A stretch of 64,000 nt of DNA from Octopus vulgaris (lineage: Eukaryota): positions 138,260,001-138,324,000 of the forward strand of contig OX597816.1 in NCBI GenBank assembly GCA_951406725.2, read 5' to 3'. The notes below the pieces were generated by a model. That model was not told where the DNA came from. It ran no database searches and was given only the letters and a program-made list of their open reading frames with translations. Shown here one piece after another: positions 1-12,895 of this stretch; within the stretch, counting starts at the first letter, position 1, and each line of letters starts with the position of its first letter. Made by a program: the position numbers and the translations under genes.

Positions 1-330
1 GTTATTGGAGGTATTATGGTTGGTCCTTGGAAAATGTCGGACAGTGTTAAAATGACTGCAGACGCTTTCTGGGGGAGCACCTTGAACCTTGGTTAAAATA
101 GCAAAGCATCACCTTCAACACAACCATAATATTCATGCAAGATAATGTGCCCTCGTGCTCAGCGAAGAAAAACTACAGGGTATCTGCAACAATTAGGCTT
201 CTGTGGACCTCAGAAGATGAAGTGGCTTGCCTGTTCCCCCGACTTAAACTTGTAGAGTATTCTAAGGCGACGAGTTTGCAAGAATGGACACCAATTTAGG
301 AACAAGGATGAACTGTGGCAAGTAATATTC
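1..330 (+). mobile_element. Decayed Tc1-type DD34E transposase C-terminal fragment
   Basis: Manual translation gives IFMQDNVP (~129-152) and MKWLACSPDLN (~217-249), matching the Tc1 FQQDNAP and WPxxSPDLNPIE motifs; frameshifts and stops present. Confidence 0.7.
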
Positions 331-499
331 AGAGGAGATCTAGAAATTAGCACGTTCCATGGACCAGCGCTTTTACAACTTATTTCCAACAAATACATCC
401 TTTACTAACCAGCTCACGAATAATTTCTGAACGCTGTTTATTTGTATATTTCTATTTCTCCCACGTTTATGACTGTATGTGTTCATTTCAGTATGTACA

Positions 500-902
500 T
501 CAAACAATTAAATTGATATTTTCTTGTTTTAATTTCTTGTCCAGTTCTGCCTCAGTTTTTGCGAATAGCTTCAGTTCGTCCATGAATGGCAAGTCGTTTA
601 GTTTACCCTTATCTCTTCCCAGATCATACCCCATCTTTGTTTTCTGTATTTCGCTCAAGGAAATCATTCCCAGTACGAATATCAGTGGGGACACACTGTC
701 CCCCGGGAAGATTCCTCTCCTGATTTTCACCTCTCCTAGTACTTGCTTCCCTGCTGTCAATTCCGTTCTCCCAGCATTTCATGCTATTCCATATAAGGCT
801 TCTCATATTTTCTGCTTCTCCAGACATTTCCATTGTTCTTTTTACCCAGAAGTGTGGTATCATATCGTATGCTTTGCGATAGTCAACCCATGCCATGCTC
901 AT
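500..902 (-). mobile_element. Reverse transcriptase fragment of an R4/Dong-like (RLE) non-LTR retrotransposon
   Basis: ORFs 624..902 and 500..760 give WVDYRKAYDMIPH, RRGIFPGDSVSPLIF and LPFMDELKLFAK (RT motifs D.KKAYD, QGD.LSP, FMDDL); frameshifted; abuts (TAT)n. Confidence 0.85.
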
Positions 903-912
903 GTTGTTATTA

Positions 913-995
<83 letters not shown>

Positions 996-996
996 G

Positions 997-1618
997 AGTG
1001 AGAGAGCAGTTCATGCCATCAAAGTGACACTGGGGTAAAATATACGAAGCCCAATATACCCATCATGACTACCCGTCTGATAAAGGTACACCAGGCACAT
1101 GCATCACAACCATATGTGCGCGACATGGTGATCTCATATCAAGATAAACAGCACATGACCTTGCAGGTGGGGCCCAGTTAGAATTTTCTTCAGGTTGAGT
1201 AGCCCATCCTGCTCAAACGGTCCCTGAATAAGGGTTGTTTTAGGATGTTGAACGAAACACCTATGTTTCCAGAGGTGAACCATTCAAACTCCAAAGAATC
1301 CCTCTCAACACATGGCCATGATGCTCCCCCACTACTTCTGCTCGTGATCAGAGATGCACATATCGTCAGCCACTAAGGGACATGCTCAACTGGTTATGGT
1401 CAAACAACTGACAAGCAAATCTGTGGTATTGAGCAGAATATTTGCTGTAGCCCATCTTTTATACCAAGACAAAACAATGTACATGATAACACTTCCAATC
1501 AGTTAAGATCAGAAGCCATGAGAGCCACTGCCTGGTACTGCATCAGGGCATGGTACTGCATCAGGGCATGGTACTGCATCAGGGCATGGTACTGCATCAG
1601 GGCATAGGGTACTGCATC
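997..1618. mobile_element. ~620 bp non-coding interspersed repeat bounded by (ATT)n on both sides, copy 1
   Basis: Colinear with 1785-2285 and partly with 9360-9727 (shared GATCAGAGATGCACATATC, GCAGAATATTTG); (ATT)n at 903-996 and 1619-1717. Confidence 0.8.
1533..1618 (+). repeat. 18-bp tandem repeat (TGGTACTGCATCAGGGCA) x4 plus a partial unit
   Basis: Units at 1533, 1551, 1569 and 1587, then TAGGGTACTGCATC. Confidence 0.95.
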
Positions 1619-1717
<99 letters not shown>

Positions 1718-1784
1718 GTAGTAGTAGTAGTAGGAGGAGGAGGAGGAAGAGAGTAGTAGTAATTGCTACTATTATTATTATTAT

Positions 1785-2285
1785 GAGAGAACAACGCATG
1801 CCATCAAAATGACACTGGAGTACAAATATACGAAGCTCAATATTCCCATCATGACTACCCGTTGTGATAACGGTACACCAGGCACATGCATCGCAACTGC
1901 ATGTGCGAGACATGATGAGTTCATATCAAGATACACAGCGCAGAACCTTGGAGTTGAGGCCCAATTAGAATTTTCTTCAAGTGGAGTGGCTCGTTCCACT
2001 CAAAAGGTTCCTGGATAATGATTGCTTAAGGATGATGAACGAAACACCCCTCTTTCCAGGGGTGAATTAACAAACCCCAAACAATCCATTTCAACGCATG
2101 CCTATGATATTCCTCTATTACTCCTACTCGAGATCAGAGATGCACATATCATCAGCCAGTAAGGGACATGTGCAACTGGTTATAGTCCAGCAACTGGCAT
2201 GCAAATCTTTGGTATTAAGCAGAATATTTGTCTGTCTTTTACACCAAAACAAAATATGTACCTGTTAGCACTTTCAATTAAAAAA
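1785..2285. mobile_element. Diverged copy 2 of the (ATT)n-associated repeat
   Basis: Colinear with 997-1500 from GAGAGAACAACGCATGCCATCAAA to CACTTTCAAT. Confidence 0.8.
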
Positions 2286-2340
2286 AATACACTACCAAAA
2301 ACAGGTCGAGTTTACATCGATCAAAGGGGAACAGTACCAC

Positions 2341-2377
2341 AGAAGAAGAAGAAGAAGAAGAAGAAGAAGAAGAAGAA

Positions 2378-2409
<32 letters not shown>

Positions 2410-2438
2410 AGAAGAAGAGGAAGAAGAAGAAGAAGAAA

Positions 2439-2491
<53 letters not shown>

Positions 2492-2585
2492 GGTGATGAT
2501 GATGATGATGATGATGAAAAAGAAGAAGAAGAAGAAGAAGAAGAAGGAAGAGGAGGAGGAGGGGGAGGAGGAGGAAGTGGAGGAG
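2341..2585. repeat. Compound microsatellite (AAG)n(ATG)n(GTG)n(GAG)n
   Basis: Direct reading; explains the poly-K/M/V/E ORF. Confidence 0.95.
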
Positions 2586-2589
2586 AAGT

Positions 2590-2705
2590 TTGTAAACGAT
2601 TTCTACATAGCAGGTGAGTATGCTATTGAGGCAAAGAGACCAGATATGTCGTAGACAAAGAAAAAACAAATGATGTAAGATCATTGAATTTGCAATCTCA
2701 GCAAA
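2590..2705 (+). mobile_element. Short restriction-like endonuclease fragment of an R4/Dong-like LINE
   Basis: AIEAKRPDM motif (compare IEARRPD of RLE domains), then degenerate sequence. Confidence 0.45.
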
Positions 2706-3389
2706 TACTAACAGATTAATTATAAATCCGTTTTAAATACTTGTCTGGCAAGGAATTTAACATATACGCACTCTAACATGAATATTAGAAGTCGAAATGG
2801 AATTGCTTGCCAGGTAAGTAATTCCATCTGCTTTCTCCTGAGAAAGATCCACAGTCCGAAACTTTGGGTTCTTCTACTTCTCTCCTTTACAGCGTAAAAG
2901 TCATTAAGATCGTTTTATTATTTGCTTGGTTTATTTATTTTTTTTGTTCTATTAAAAGACAAATAGGAAGACAAGAAGACAAAGGAACAAACTGATAAAC
3001 TAGTTGAAATATCAGAACAAGAAATAGCAATTAGTCCCTCTCCTTTTAAGATAAATCAGGAGGAAAATGAATTTTTCTGTTATCAAGCTAATTCGCATTC
3101 TATCACCACATTCTGCTTCCATCAGCGTCACATCAACATCAGTTTTATTATCATCTAAATTTGTTATTTCCTAGCAACAACAATATCAATAACTCTCTCG
3201 CCAATATACACAGAAATATCATCAACATCATCAACATCAATAGCAATATCATCGTAAATATAATCATTAAAAAATCTCATCATCAACGACATTCACACGA
3301 CCTTCATTACAACCACCACCGCCACCGCCGCCACCAACCCCACTACTGCCACCATATCTTCATCATTCTATCATATCCACCATCAATAA

Positions 3390-4690
3390 TGGTTACAAAT
3401 TTTTGCACAAGGCTAGCAAATTTGAAGAAGGAGATAAATCGATCACATTGAACCCCCAACCCCACCCAGTGCTTAGCTGGTACTTATCTTATCGACCCTG
3501 AGAGGATGAAAGGCAAAGTCAATCTCGGCGGAATTTAAAATCAGAAGGTAAAGCCCAACTAAACATTTTGCCCGACATGCTAACAATTCCGTCTGCTCAC
3601 CGCCTTGACTCACCATCAATATTAGCGCCACCTCGGAAGCAATGAGGTGGCAGAATCGTTTGCATGCCGGTCAAAATGCTTAACAGTATTTCGTCTGTCT
3701 TCACGTTCTGAGTTCAAATGCCACCGAAGCCGTCTTTGCCTTTCACTCTTTCGGGGTCGATAAAGTAAGTACCAACTGAACACTGTGGTTCGATTTAATC
3801 GATTTATCCCTCTTCGAAGTTGCTGGGCTTGTGCCAAAATTTGAAATTAACATTAATCACATGCGTTAAGGTGGGGAGCTGGCAGAAACGTTAGCACGCT
3901 GAGTGAAATGCTTAACGGTATTTCGTCTGCGTTACGTTGTGAGTTCAAATTCCGCCGAGGTCGACTTTGCCTTTCATCCTTTCGGGGTCGATAAATTAAG
4001 TACCAGTTACGCACTGGGGTCAATGTAATCGACTTAATACCTATGTCTGTCCTTGTTTGTCCGCTCTGTGTTTAGCCCCTTGTGGGTAATAAAAAAATAG
4101 GTATTTCGTCAGCCGCTACGTTCTGAGTTCAAATTCCGCCGAGGTTGACTTTGCCTTTCATCCTTTCGGGGTGGATTAAATAAGTACCATTTACGCATTG
4201 GGGTCGATGTAATCGAATTAATCCCTTTGTCTGTCCTTGTTTGTCCCCACTGTGTTTTGCCCCTTGTGGGCAATAAAGACAAGAATCGCTAGCATGCTGG
4301 AAAAATGCTTAGCTGCAGTTCGCCCGTCCTTACATTCTGAGTTCAAGTTTTCGCTGAAGTCGACATTGCTTTTCATTCTTTAGGGATCGATAAAATAAGT
4401 ACCAGGTGAATACTGGGGATCGATATACTCGACTTATTCCCTCTCTCGAAATTCCTTGCCTTGTGCCAAAATTTGAAACAAGCATTAATCACATGTGTTA
4501 AAGTGGCGAGCTGGCAGAATCGTTAGCCGGTCCAAATGCTTAGCAGCATTTTGTCCGTCTTTATGTTCTGAGTTCAAATGCTCCCGAGGCCGACCTTGCC
4601 TTTCATACTTTCGGGTTCGATAAAATAAGTACCAGTTACTTACTCCCTCCACTAAACTTGCTGGCCTTGTACCAAAATTTGAAACCGATA
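3390..4690. mobile_element. Cluster of SINE family A copies (tRNA-like head GGCGAGCTGGCAGAA...GAGTTCAAATTCC; core GTCGACTTTGCCTTTCATCCTTTCGGGGTCGATAAA)
   Basis: Minus copy ~3390-3605; plus copies ~3638-3850, 3868-4280 (body duplicated), 4283-4480 and 4503-4685; B-box-like GAGTTCAAAT. Confidence 0.85.
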
Positions 4691-5254
4691 TCATCACCAC
4701 CACCATCACTGCACAAATCACACTGATACCGTCAAGTTCACTTCTAAAACCATACCACCTGCGTCACCATCACCAAAACATTCGACACCAGTATCATCAC
4801 CAGCATCACCAGTATCACCAGCGATATTAGTGCGATCAACACCACCACAGGCGATCCAAGAGGAGATCCATACCGTAAGTGGTCACTCAACTTGCTAGAA
4901 ATATCAACAAACAGCACCAACACAGTTTAGTATACCACCTTACACTGTCACCAACGCCACCAACATTTTCAGCTTCGCCATAAGCATCATCGCTATCAGC
5001 TTCTATAACACTACCAGCATCGCCCATATCAATATCTACGACTCCAACAAAACCATTTACAACAACAGGAAAAGCACCAATAATACCATCAACGAAACAA
5101 GCAGCATCGCGAGAACTACTAACAGAACATAATGCTATCAATACCATTACCAATAATACTAATAACACCACCAGTAGAGTCAATAATATTTGCCAAAGCA
5201 ACCGCCACCATCATCAACACAACCCTCACCATCATTATAACCAACACCATCACT

Positions 5255-5599
<345 letters not shown>

Positions 5600-5600
<1 letters not shown>

Positions 5601-6285
5601 TCTTTTATTTTCCACCCGGGCGAAGGATGAGGGGTCGATACAAAGACAGACAAACTGTGGCGAGGGTTACATATGATGGAATGATATATAAAAAAGAAAG
5701 GCAGTATACACAGTATACATTAAAAGATGTGAAGTATACATAGTATACAGCAATAAGGAAAAAAATTGTGATGGGCGGGGGTCCTCCTGATACAGGATGA
5801 CCACTAGGGATGATCGAGGAACCCAACCATCCAAGATCACCCTGAACACCACGGACAAATACCTTTTCCAATTCCTTTCCTCCGACTCACAGGTCTACAC
5901 TCATGCTATTTTCGAAACTTTCACCCACCTTTTCATAAATTCGCCCGAGGACAGCAGCTCCCTCTCCACCCTCACTTTATTTTCAAGTGAAACTTGAAAA
6001 AGTCGATGAAGGCTTTACCGAAAAGGAATGTTTTTGTCCTCATTCCTTTCAGCCTCGTCCAGCAGACAACCTCTTTCGCCATAGCAACTGCCCGATTAAA
6101 GGAGGACGGCAGGGCAATCATCACTATGGACTCGGTCGACAGACGGATCCGTCCCACATGCGACAGCAGCTGTTCGACATAACTCCACAAGCCAGAAATT
6201 ACCGGACACTGAATGAGTGCATGCAGAACGGTTTCGTCGCTCTGTTAGAGCAAAACAGACCGGACCTAGTGGACAAGGTGCACCA
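5600..6285 (-). mobile_element. 3' end of an L1/Tx1-like LINE (ORF2 zinc-finger region plus 3' UTR)
   Basis: Minus translation ETVLHALIQCPVISGLWSYVEQLL...AKEVVCWTRLKG...FFKFHLKIK fits the ET..H....C CCHC tail of L1-clade ORF2; A-rich end merges into the trinucleotide tract. Confidence 0.65.
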
Positions 6286-6289
6286 CATA

Positions 6290-6640
6290 GGCTATATAGT
6301 TGACGTTGCATGCTCCTTTCACCCACGAATAGTCAAGAAGGAAGGCGACAAGATAGATAGATACACTCCTCTTAACTACGAAATATCCCGGCTATGAAAA
6401 ATGAAGAAGGTACCAATAATTGTTGGAACAGTATCAGAAGGCATCAAGGGGAATGTAAGGGAAATTGGAATAGAGTGCCCAGTAGAACTGTTACAAAAGG
6501 TTTGTCTCCTTGGCACAGCCAAGATAACCAGGGAAGTTTTAGATAGCTGAAAAGAGCGAATAGCATGGTACCGTATGCTGCAGATAGTAAGCCCGCTACG
6601 TACGCAAGACTCCAGGAGCTCCAACAAAACCTATGACAAA
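6290..6640 (+). mobile_element. 3' end of an R4/Dong-like LINE (RLE domain plus 3' UTR) ending in (TAA)n
   Basis: YIVDVACSFHPRIVKKEGDKIDRY..L, VPIIVG, LLQKVCLLGTAKITREVL; TAA-rich tail from 6640. Confidence 0.8.
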
Positions 6641-7389
6641 TAATAAATAAAAATAATAATAATAATAAAAAAAACATCAACAATAACATCAAACCATCTA
6701 ATTTAAATAACTTCTGATAAAGCATGTCTTGTGATGTGATGGCTTTCATTAAGTTCCTTCCGGTAGAAGTCGGATGTGACACGTTGCTGTCAGTGTCATA
6801 ACTCTCAGCACGTCAGACCTCCCCTCCAACAACAGGGAGCGGTGTTTACTGATGCTCATCAGTCGATGATAAAGGTGGTGGTGGTGGTGGTTTTGGTGGT
6901 GGAGATGATGGTGTTGGTGGCGGCGGCGGCGGCGGTGCTCGTGCTGGTTAGGGGAGAGAGAGGGTGAGTAAACATCCGGGACATTTCAATAAAACGGAAA
7001 TGTTGAAATCAAATGTACGGCCATGTTAGAAATTAAATCATAAAATGTGCTGAACGTGTAAGGAAAGACTGATACAGGTTTCCTTTCCTGACATTTCAGT
7101 TGCTGTTGTTGTTGTTGTTGTCGTCGTGATCGTTGTTATAGTTGCAGTTATGGTTGTTGCTGCTGGAGTTGTTTTTCTTGATGATGAAAATGATGATGGT
7201 GATGGTGGTGATGATGATGATGATGATGATGACGATCATGAAATTTTTTCATGATCGTTTTCTTAAGTTTATATGCTGCTGCTTTTTTTTTCTTTTGGTG
7301 ATGGCATAATTAAGTCGATGATTATGATGACGACAGGTATAATGAGAAAAAGTGACAACAACAACAACAATGATAATAATATTCTTTAT

Positions 7390-7416
7390 TACTAATAACA
7401 ATAGCAACAGCAACAA

Positions 7417-7461
<45 letters not shown>

Positions 7462-7564
7462 CAGCAGCAGCAACAGTAGTAGTACTAGCAGTAGCAGTAG
7501 TAGTAGCAGCAGCAACAGTAGTATTAGTAGTCTCAGTAGCAGCAGCAGCAGTAGCAATAGTAGC

Positions 7565-7609
<45 letters not shown>

Positions 7610-7860
7610 TGTAGTAGCAGCAGCAGCAGTAGCAGTAGTAGTAGCAGCAACAGTAGTATTAGTAGTCTCAGTAGCAGCAGCAGCAGTAGCAATAGTAGCA
7701 GTAGTAGTAGTAGTAGTAGTAGTAGTAGCAGCAGTAGTAGTAGTAGTAGTAGTTGCAGTAGCAACTGTAGTAGTAGTAGTAATAGTAGTAGTAGTAGTTG
7801 TTGTTGTTGTAGTAGTAGTAGCAGCAGTAGTACTAGTAGTAGCAGCAACAGTAGTAATAC

Positions 7861-7893
<33 letters not shown>
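7390..7893. repeat. Compound (AGT)n/(AGC)n microsatellite with an internal 135-bp higher-order duplication
   Basis: The unique interruption TATTAGTAGTCTCAGTAGC occurs twice (TCTC at 7531 and 7666). Confidence 0.9.
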
Positions 7894-7894
<1 letters not shown>

Positions 7895-7895
<1 letters not shown>

Positions 7896-8200
7896 ATTCT
7901 AATTTTCCCGAAAACCAGCGATCTTTTGAGGAGAGGGCACCATTCAATTATACCGACGCGAGCTTATTTTATTGACCACGAAAGGATGAATGGCAAAGTA
8001 AACCTTGGCGGAATTTGAACTCAACATGTAAAGAGCATAAAGAAGTCCTGCTAAGCTATTTGCCTGACTGGAATTCTTTCTACTATAGGCACAAGTCCTG
8101 AAATTTTAGAAGAGGAATTCGTCGATTACATAGATCCCGGAGCTCGACCGGTACCTATATTATCGACGCCTAAAAGATGAACGGCAAAGCCGACCTCAGC
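7895..8200 (-). mobile_element. Two degraded SINE family A copies
   Basis: AAGGATGAATGGCAAAGTAAACCTTGGCGGAATTTGAACTC and AAAGATGAACGGCAAAGCCGACCTC. Confidence 0.75.
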
Positions 8201-8223
8201 AGTATGATGAGGATGATGTTGAA

Positions 8224-8267
<44 letters not shown>

Positions 8268-9359
8268 GGAGGAGGAGGAGGAGGAGGAGGAGGAGGCGGT
8301 GGTGGAGGAGAGGGGTAGGAAGAAGAAGAAGAAGAAGAAGAAGAAGAAGAAGAAGAAGAAGAAGAAGAAGAAGAAGAAGAAGAAGAAGAAGAAGAAGAAG
8401 AAGAAGAAGAAGAAGAAGAAGAAGAATAATCGTCTAGAAGGTAGCCAGAACCAAGAAAACCCTAATCCTGAACTATTGGAATATCCACCACTAAATGGCA
8501 CAAATAACCAAAATACATAATAGCAGAAATTTGACATGAGACGAATGTAAGGAAGAAAGCAACGTAAGAACACAACGTAGTCATACTGAAGATCGAATGG
8601 TGAAAATTAGTGAACGAAAACAAGACTAAATATGGACGCCTATAAACTATGCAATACACGCAGGAGTATACACTAAGAAAGAAAAGAATTACGCAAGCTG
8701 AGCTAGGCGTAATAAATGTCCAAGTCATCCAAGAACATGAGCAAGTCTTACGAAGCATAACAAACAATGATAGTATATCTGTAGAAGACTGAAGAAGAAA
8801 CCTCTCTGCGAGTAAATGAAGCGAAAGCTACGAACGCAAATCAGAAAGTATCAATTATGTCGAAGAAAATGAAGATTATGAGGTTATCCTATTTCTGGAA
8901 GAACATAAGCAACATCTAAGGCAGATATCGTAAGAGCAATGGGTATAACCCTGTACACTGAAATGAAGGAGAGAATCAGATATCAAAATGCCAAAACAAT
9001 GAGAAAAAACCCAAAGAAAATTAGAAATACTGAGAAAGTGAAACTGGTTTAACAACCGCCATTTTGAAAATGAAAATATGGCCATAATATATGAGCACTT
9101 AAAATTAAAGCTGTTAAAATAAAACTGTTTTCTTTTTGCCTTTTTCAACACCCCGGGTGGGGGAGTGGTGCAGTGGAAGGAGTCAACTTTCCCAAGTAAT
9201 TATAATAATTTTTTAGCAAATACTCGAAAGGAAATAGCATTTCATAATGCCTTGAATAAAGTCGCGTCACGGACAGAAGACAAAACAGGTTTTCACGCTA
9301 CAGAAATCAACAACAGTAGCGACAACAACGTTGTTATTATTACTATTATTATTATTATC

Positions 9360-9854
<495 letters not shown>

Positions 9855-9899
9855 CATCATCATCATTATTATTATTATTATTATTATCATTATTATTAT

Positions 9900-10181
9900 T
9901 ATTATTATTATTATCATCATCATCATCAACATCATCATCATCATCGTCATCATCATTATTTTTAACCTGTCAGAATCATTAGCACACTGGACGAAATGGT
10001 TAGCTATATTTCGCCCGCCGCTACGTTGTGAGTTCAAATTCCGCCGAGGTCGACTTTGCCTCCATCCTTTCGGGGTCGATAAATTAAGTACTAGTGGAAC
10101 ACTGGGGTCAGTGTAATCGACTAGTCCTCTCTCCTCAAATTCAAGCCTTGTGCTTTAAGTAGAATGGATTATTATTATTAC

Positions 10182-10244
<63 letters not shown>

Positions 10245-10560
10245 CATCATCATCATCATTATTATTATTATTATTATTATCATTATTATTATTATTATTA
10301 TCATCATCATCATCAACATCATCATCATCATCGTCATCATCATTATTTTTAACCTGTCAGAATCATTAGCACACTGGACGAAATGGTTAGCTATATTTCG
10401 CCCGCCGCTACGTTGTGAGTTCAAATTCCGCCGAGGTCGACTTTGCCTCCATCCTTTCGGGGTCGATAAATTAAGTACTAGTGGAACACTGGGGTCAGTG
10501 TAATCGACTAGTCCTCTCTCCTCAAATTCAAGCCTTGTGCTTTAAGTAGAATGGATTATT
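9900..10560 (+). repeat. 387-bp period tandem duplication of microsatellite plus SINE A
   Basis: AACCTGTCAGAATC at 9964 and 10351; AGAATGGATT at 10161 and 10548; the SINE copies look identical. Confidence 0.9.
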
Positions 10561-10568
10561 ATTATTAC

Positions 10569-10649
<81 letters not shown>

Positions 10650-10681
10650 CATTATTATTATCATTATTATTATTATTATTA

Positions 10682-10745
<64 letters not shown>

Positions 10746-11220
10746 CATTATCATCATTATTATTATTATTGTTATTATTATTATTTTTATTTTTATTTTT
10801 ATTATTATTATTTATTGATATTGTAATTATGGTTCCACTGAAGGAATATGGAAACCGCTGAAATAGATTTAATTATGATTTTTTTTAATATCTAAAATAT
10901 TTTAATGAACTCTAACACTGCAATCAGACGTGCCTACACCGCCCACACCGCCTAAACTGCTAATATCACCAAAGCCACCTACACCTTCCCACACGTTTTT
11001 CCTCGCCGAAAATAAAATAAAATTGTACAGAAATTCGAAGAAAAAAAAATCAATACAATTTCCCCCGACAATGATAATATTGATATTTAATATCTGTGAT
11101 GTTTCACGTGCGGACAAAATGACGTATTGACCCCCATCACGTCAAGAGAAGGAAACACAGAGGAACTGGAAGTATGAAAGTGGAAATAAAGCAAGAGAGA
11201 GAAAGAGGCAGAAAGAGATA

Positions 11221-11263
<43 letters not shown>

Positions 11264-11567
11264 AGAAAGAGAGAGGAAGGAATAGAGGAAGAACGAGGAA
11301 AGAGAAAGCGAGAAACATAGTCAGAAGTCATATCTTAAATTATTAGCACTTAATGGCTTCTTCTAAAAGTATTTCAAATATTAGTGCTTATTTTCAGCAT
11401 TGAAATAATTACCACAATTTCATATATTATTCTCTCTTCAGTATTCACAATGAAATTGTCCGGCCTCTGTTTCAGATAGCCATTATATGGAATAGGATGA
11501 CCATCAAAACTTCTAGTCATCTGGAAGCTATATCTTTCTACTTCTCTCTATCGATCTTCTTTCTCTT

Positions 11568-11647
<80 letters not shown>

Positions 11648-11679
11648 TTCCAATATATATATATATATATATATATAAT

Positions 11680-11815
11680 TCATAGAAAAATACAGTGTAC
11701 ATTTAAACACATAAGAGATGACCATAATAGGACATCTGACTCACTAGAAAGAGCAGTTAAACTACAAAGCACTAATAGTTGTAATTCTGAAAGGGAATGA
11801 ACAATAAAAACATTT
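11680..11815. mobile_element. (TA)n-flanked fragment related to the 23140-23449 fold-back element
   Basis: Shares AAATACAGTGTACATTTAAACACATAAG, CTAGAAAGA.CAG and TAAAAACATT. Confidence 0.65.
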
Positions 11816-12013
11816 ATATATGTGTGTGTGTGTGCGTGTGTGTGTATGTATATATATATGCGTGTATGTATGTATATGTACTGTATATGTATGTATATAT
11901 ACATATGCACACATATATATATTTAAGTATTTAAGGAAAGAGAAAGAGAGCTAGCCGATAGACAGACAGACAGACAGACTGACAGATGGCTAGCTAGATA
12001 GATAGATAGATTG

Positions 12014-12084
<71 letters not shown>

Positions 12085-12089
12085 CAGAC

Positions 12090-12180
<91 letters not shown>

Positions 12181-12295
12181 CTGATTGATTGATTGACAAG
12201 CAGATATGTGTCAGAACAGGTCCAAAGCAAAATGGAGAGAAAGGCGAAGAAGGACGCTAGTTCTCTATCATAATGTGAGTGATACATGTACGTAT

Positions 12296-12361
<66 letters not shown>

Positions 12362-12369
12362 GTGTGTGT

Positions 12370-12570
12370 CCGTTCAACATTGCTTGACAACCGATACTGG
12401 TATGTTTATGTCTCCGTAACTTAGCAGTTTGGCAAAAGTAGCTGATAGAATAAGTACTAGACTTATAAAGAATAAGTCCTGAGGTCGACTTCTTCGACTA
12501 AAACCCTCAAAGGCGGTGTTCCACCAAGGCCGCAGTCAAATGACTGAAACAAGTAAGAGAATAAAAGAAT
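12370..12570 (+). mobile_element. 3' half of SINE family B
   Basis: TTGACAACCGATACTGG...GATAGAATAAGTACT...GGCCGCAGTCAAATGACTGAAACAAGTAAGAG. Confidence 0.85.
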
Positions 12571-12819
12571 AACGCGGAGTAGCCGAAACAGAGGCAACTG
12601 AAAAAGGGGAATATTCCTTGTGTTGTATGTCTTGTACTCTGTTTTTTCGTTGTTTGAAAAAACGTCCGTTTCCATGTTTTTGATTTTATGTTTTCGTTTC
12701 TCATTGTGTTCAACGTTTTCTTGGTGACCTGTACCCATATATGCTTGTATATATACATATAGATGTAGGTATGTACATACATGTATGTATATATGCATAT
12801 GTTTTATATATTATTTTGT

Positions 12820-12895
<76 letters not shown>

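Noticed and set aside
1250-1375. Hammerhead in the (ATT)n element (minus-strand CTGACGA ... GAAAC)
   Set aside because: No stem II or stem I pairing could be built between the core strands.
1533-1618. CRISPR-like array
   Set aside because: Direct tandem units without spacers; eukaryotic context; no cas genes.
8586-8612. CTGAAGA-TCGAATGGT-GAAA hammerhead-like match (similar partial matches at ~11415-11445 and ~55140-55175)
   Set aside because: Stems are missing or need core bases; expected by chance in AT-rich DNA.
8430-9100. Possible LINE N-terminal coding relic
   Set aside because: A-rich with many stops and no diagnostic motif, so it cannot be assigned.
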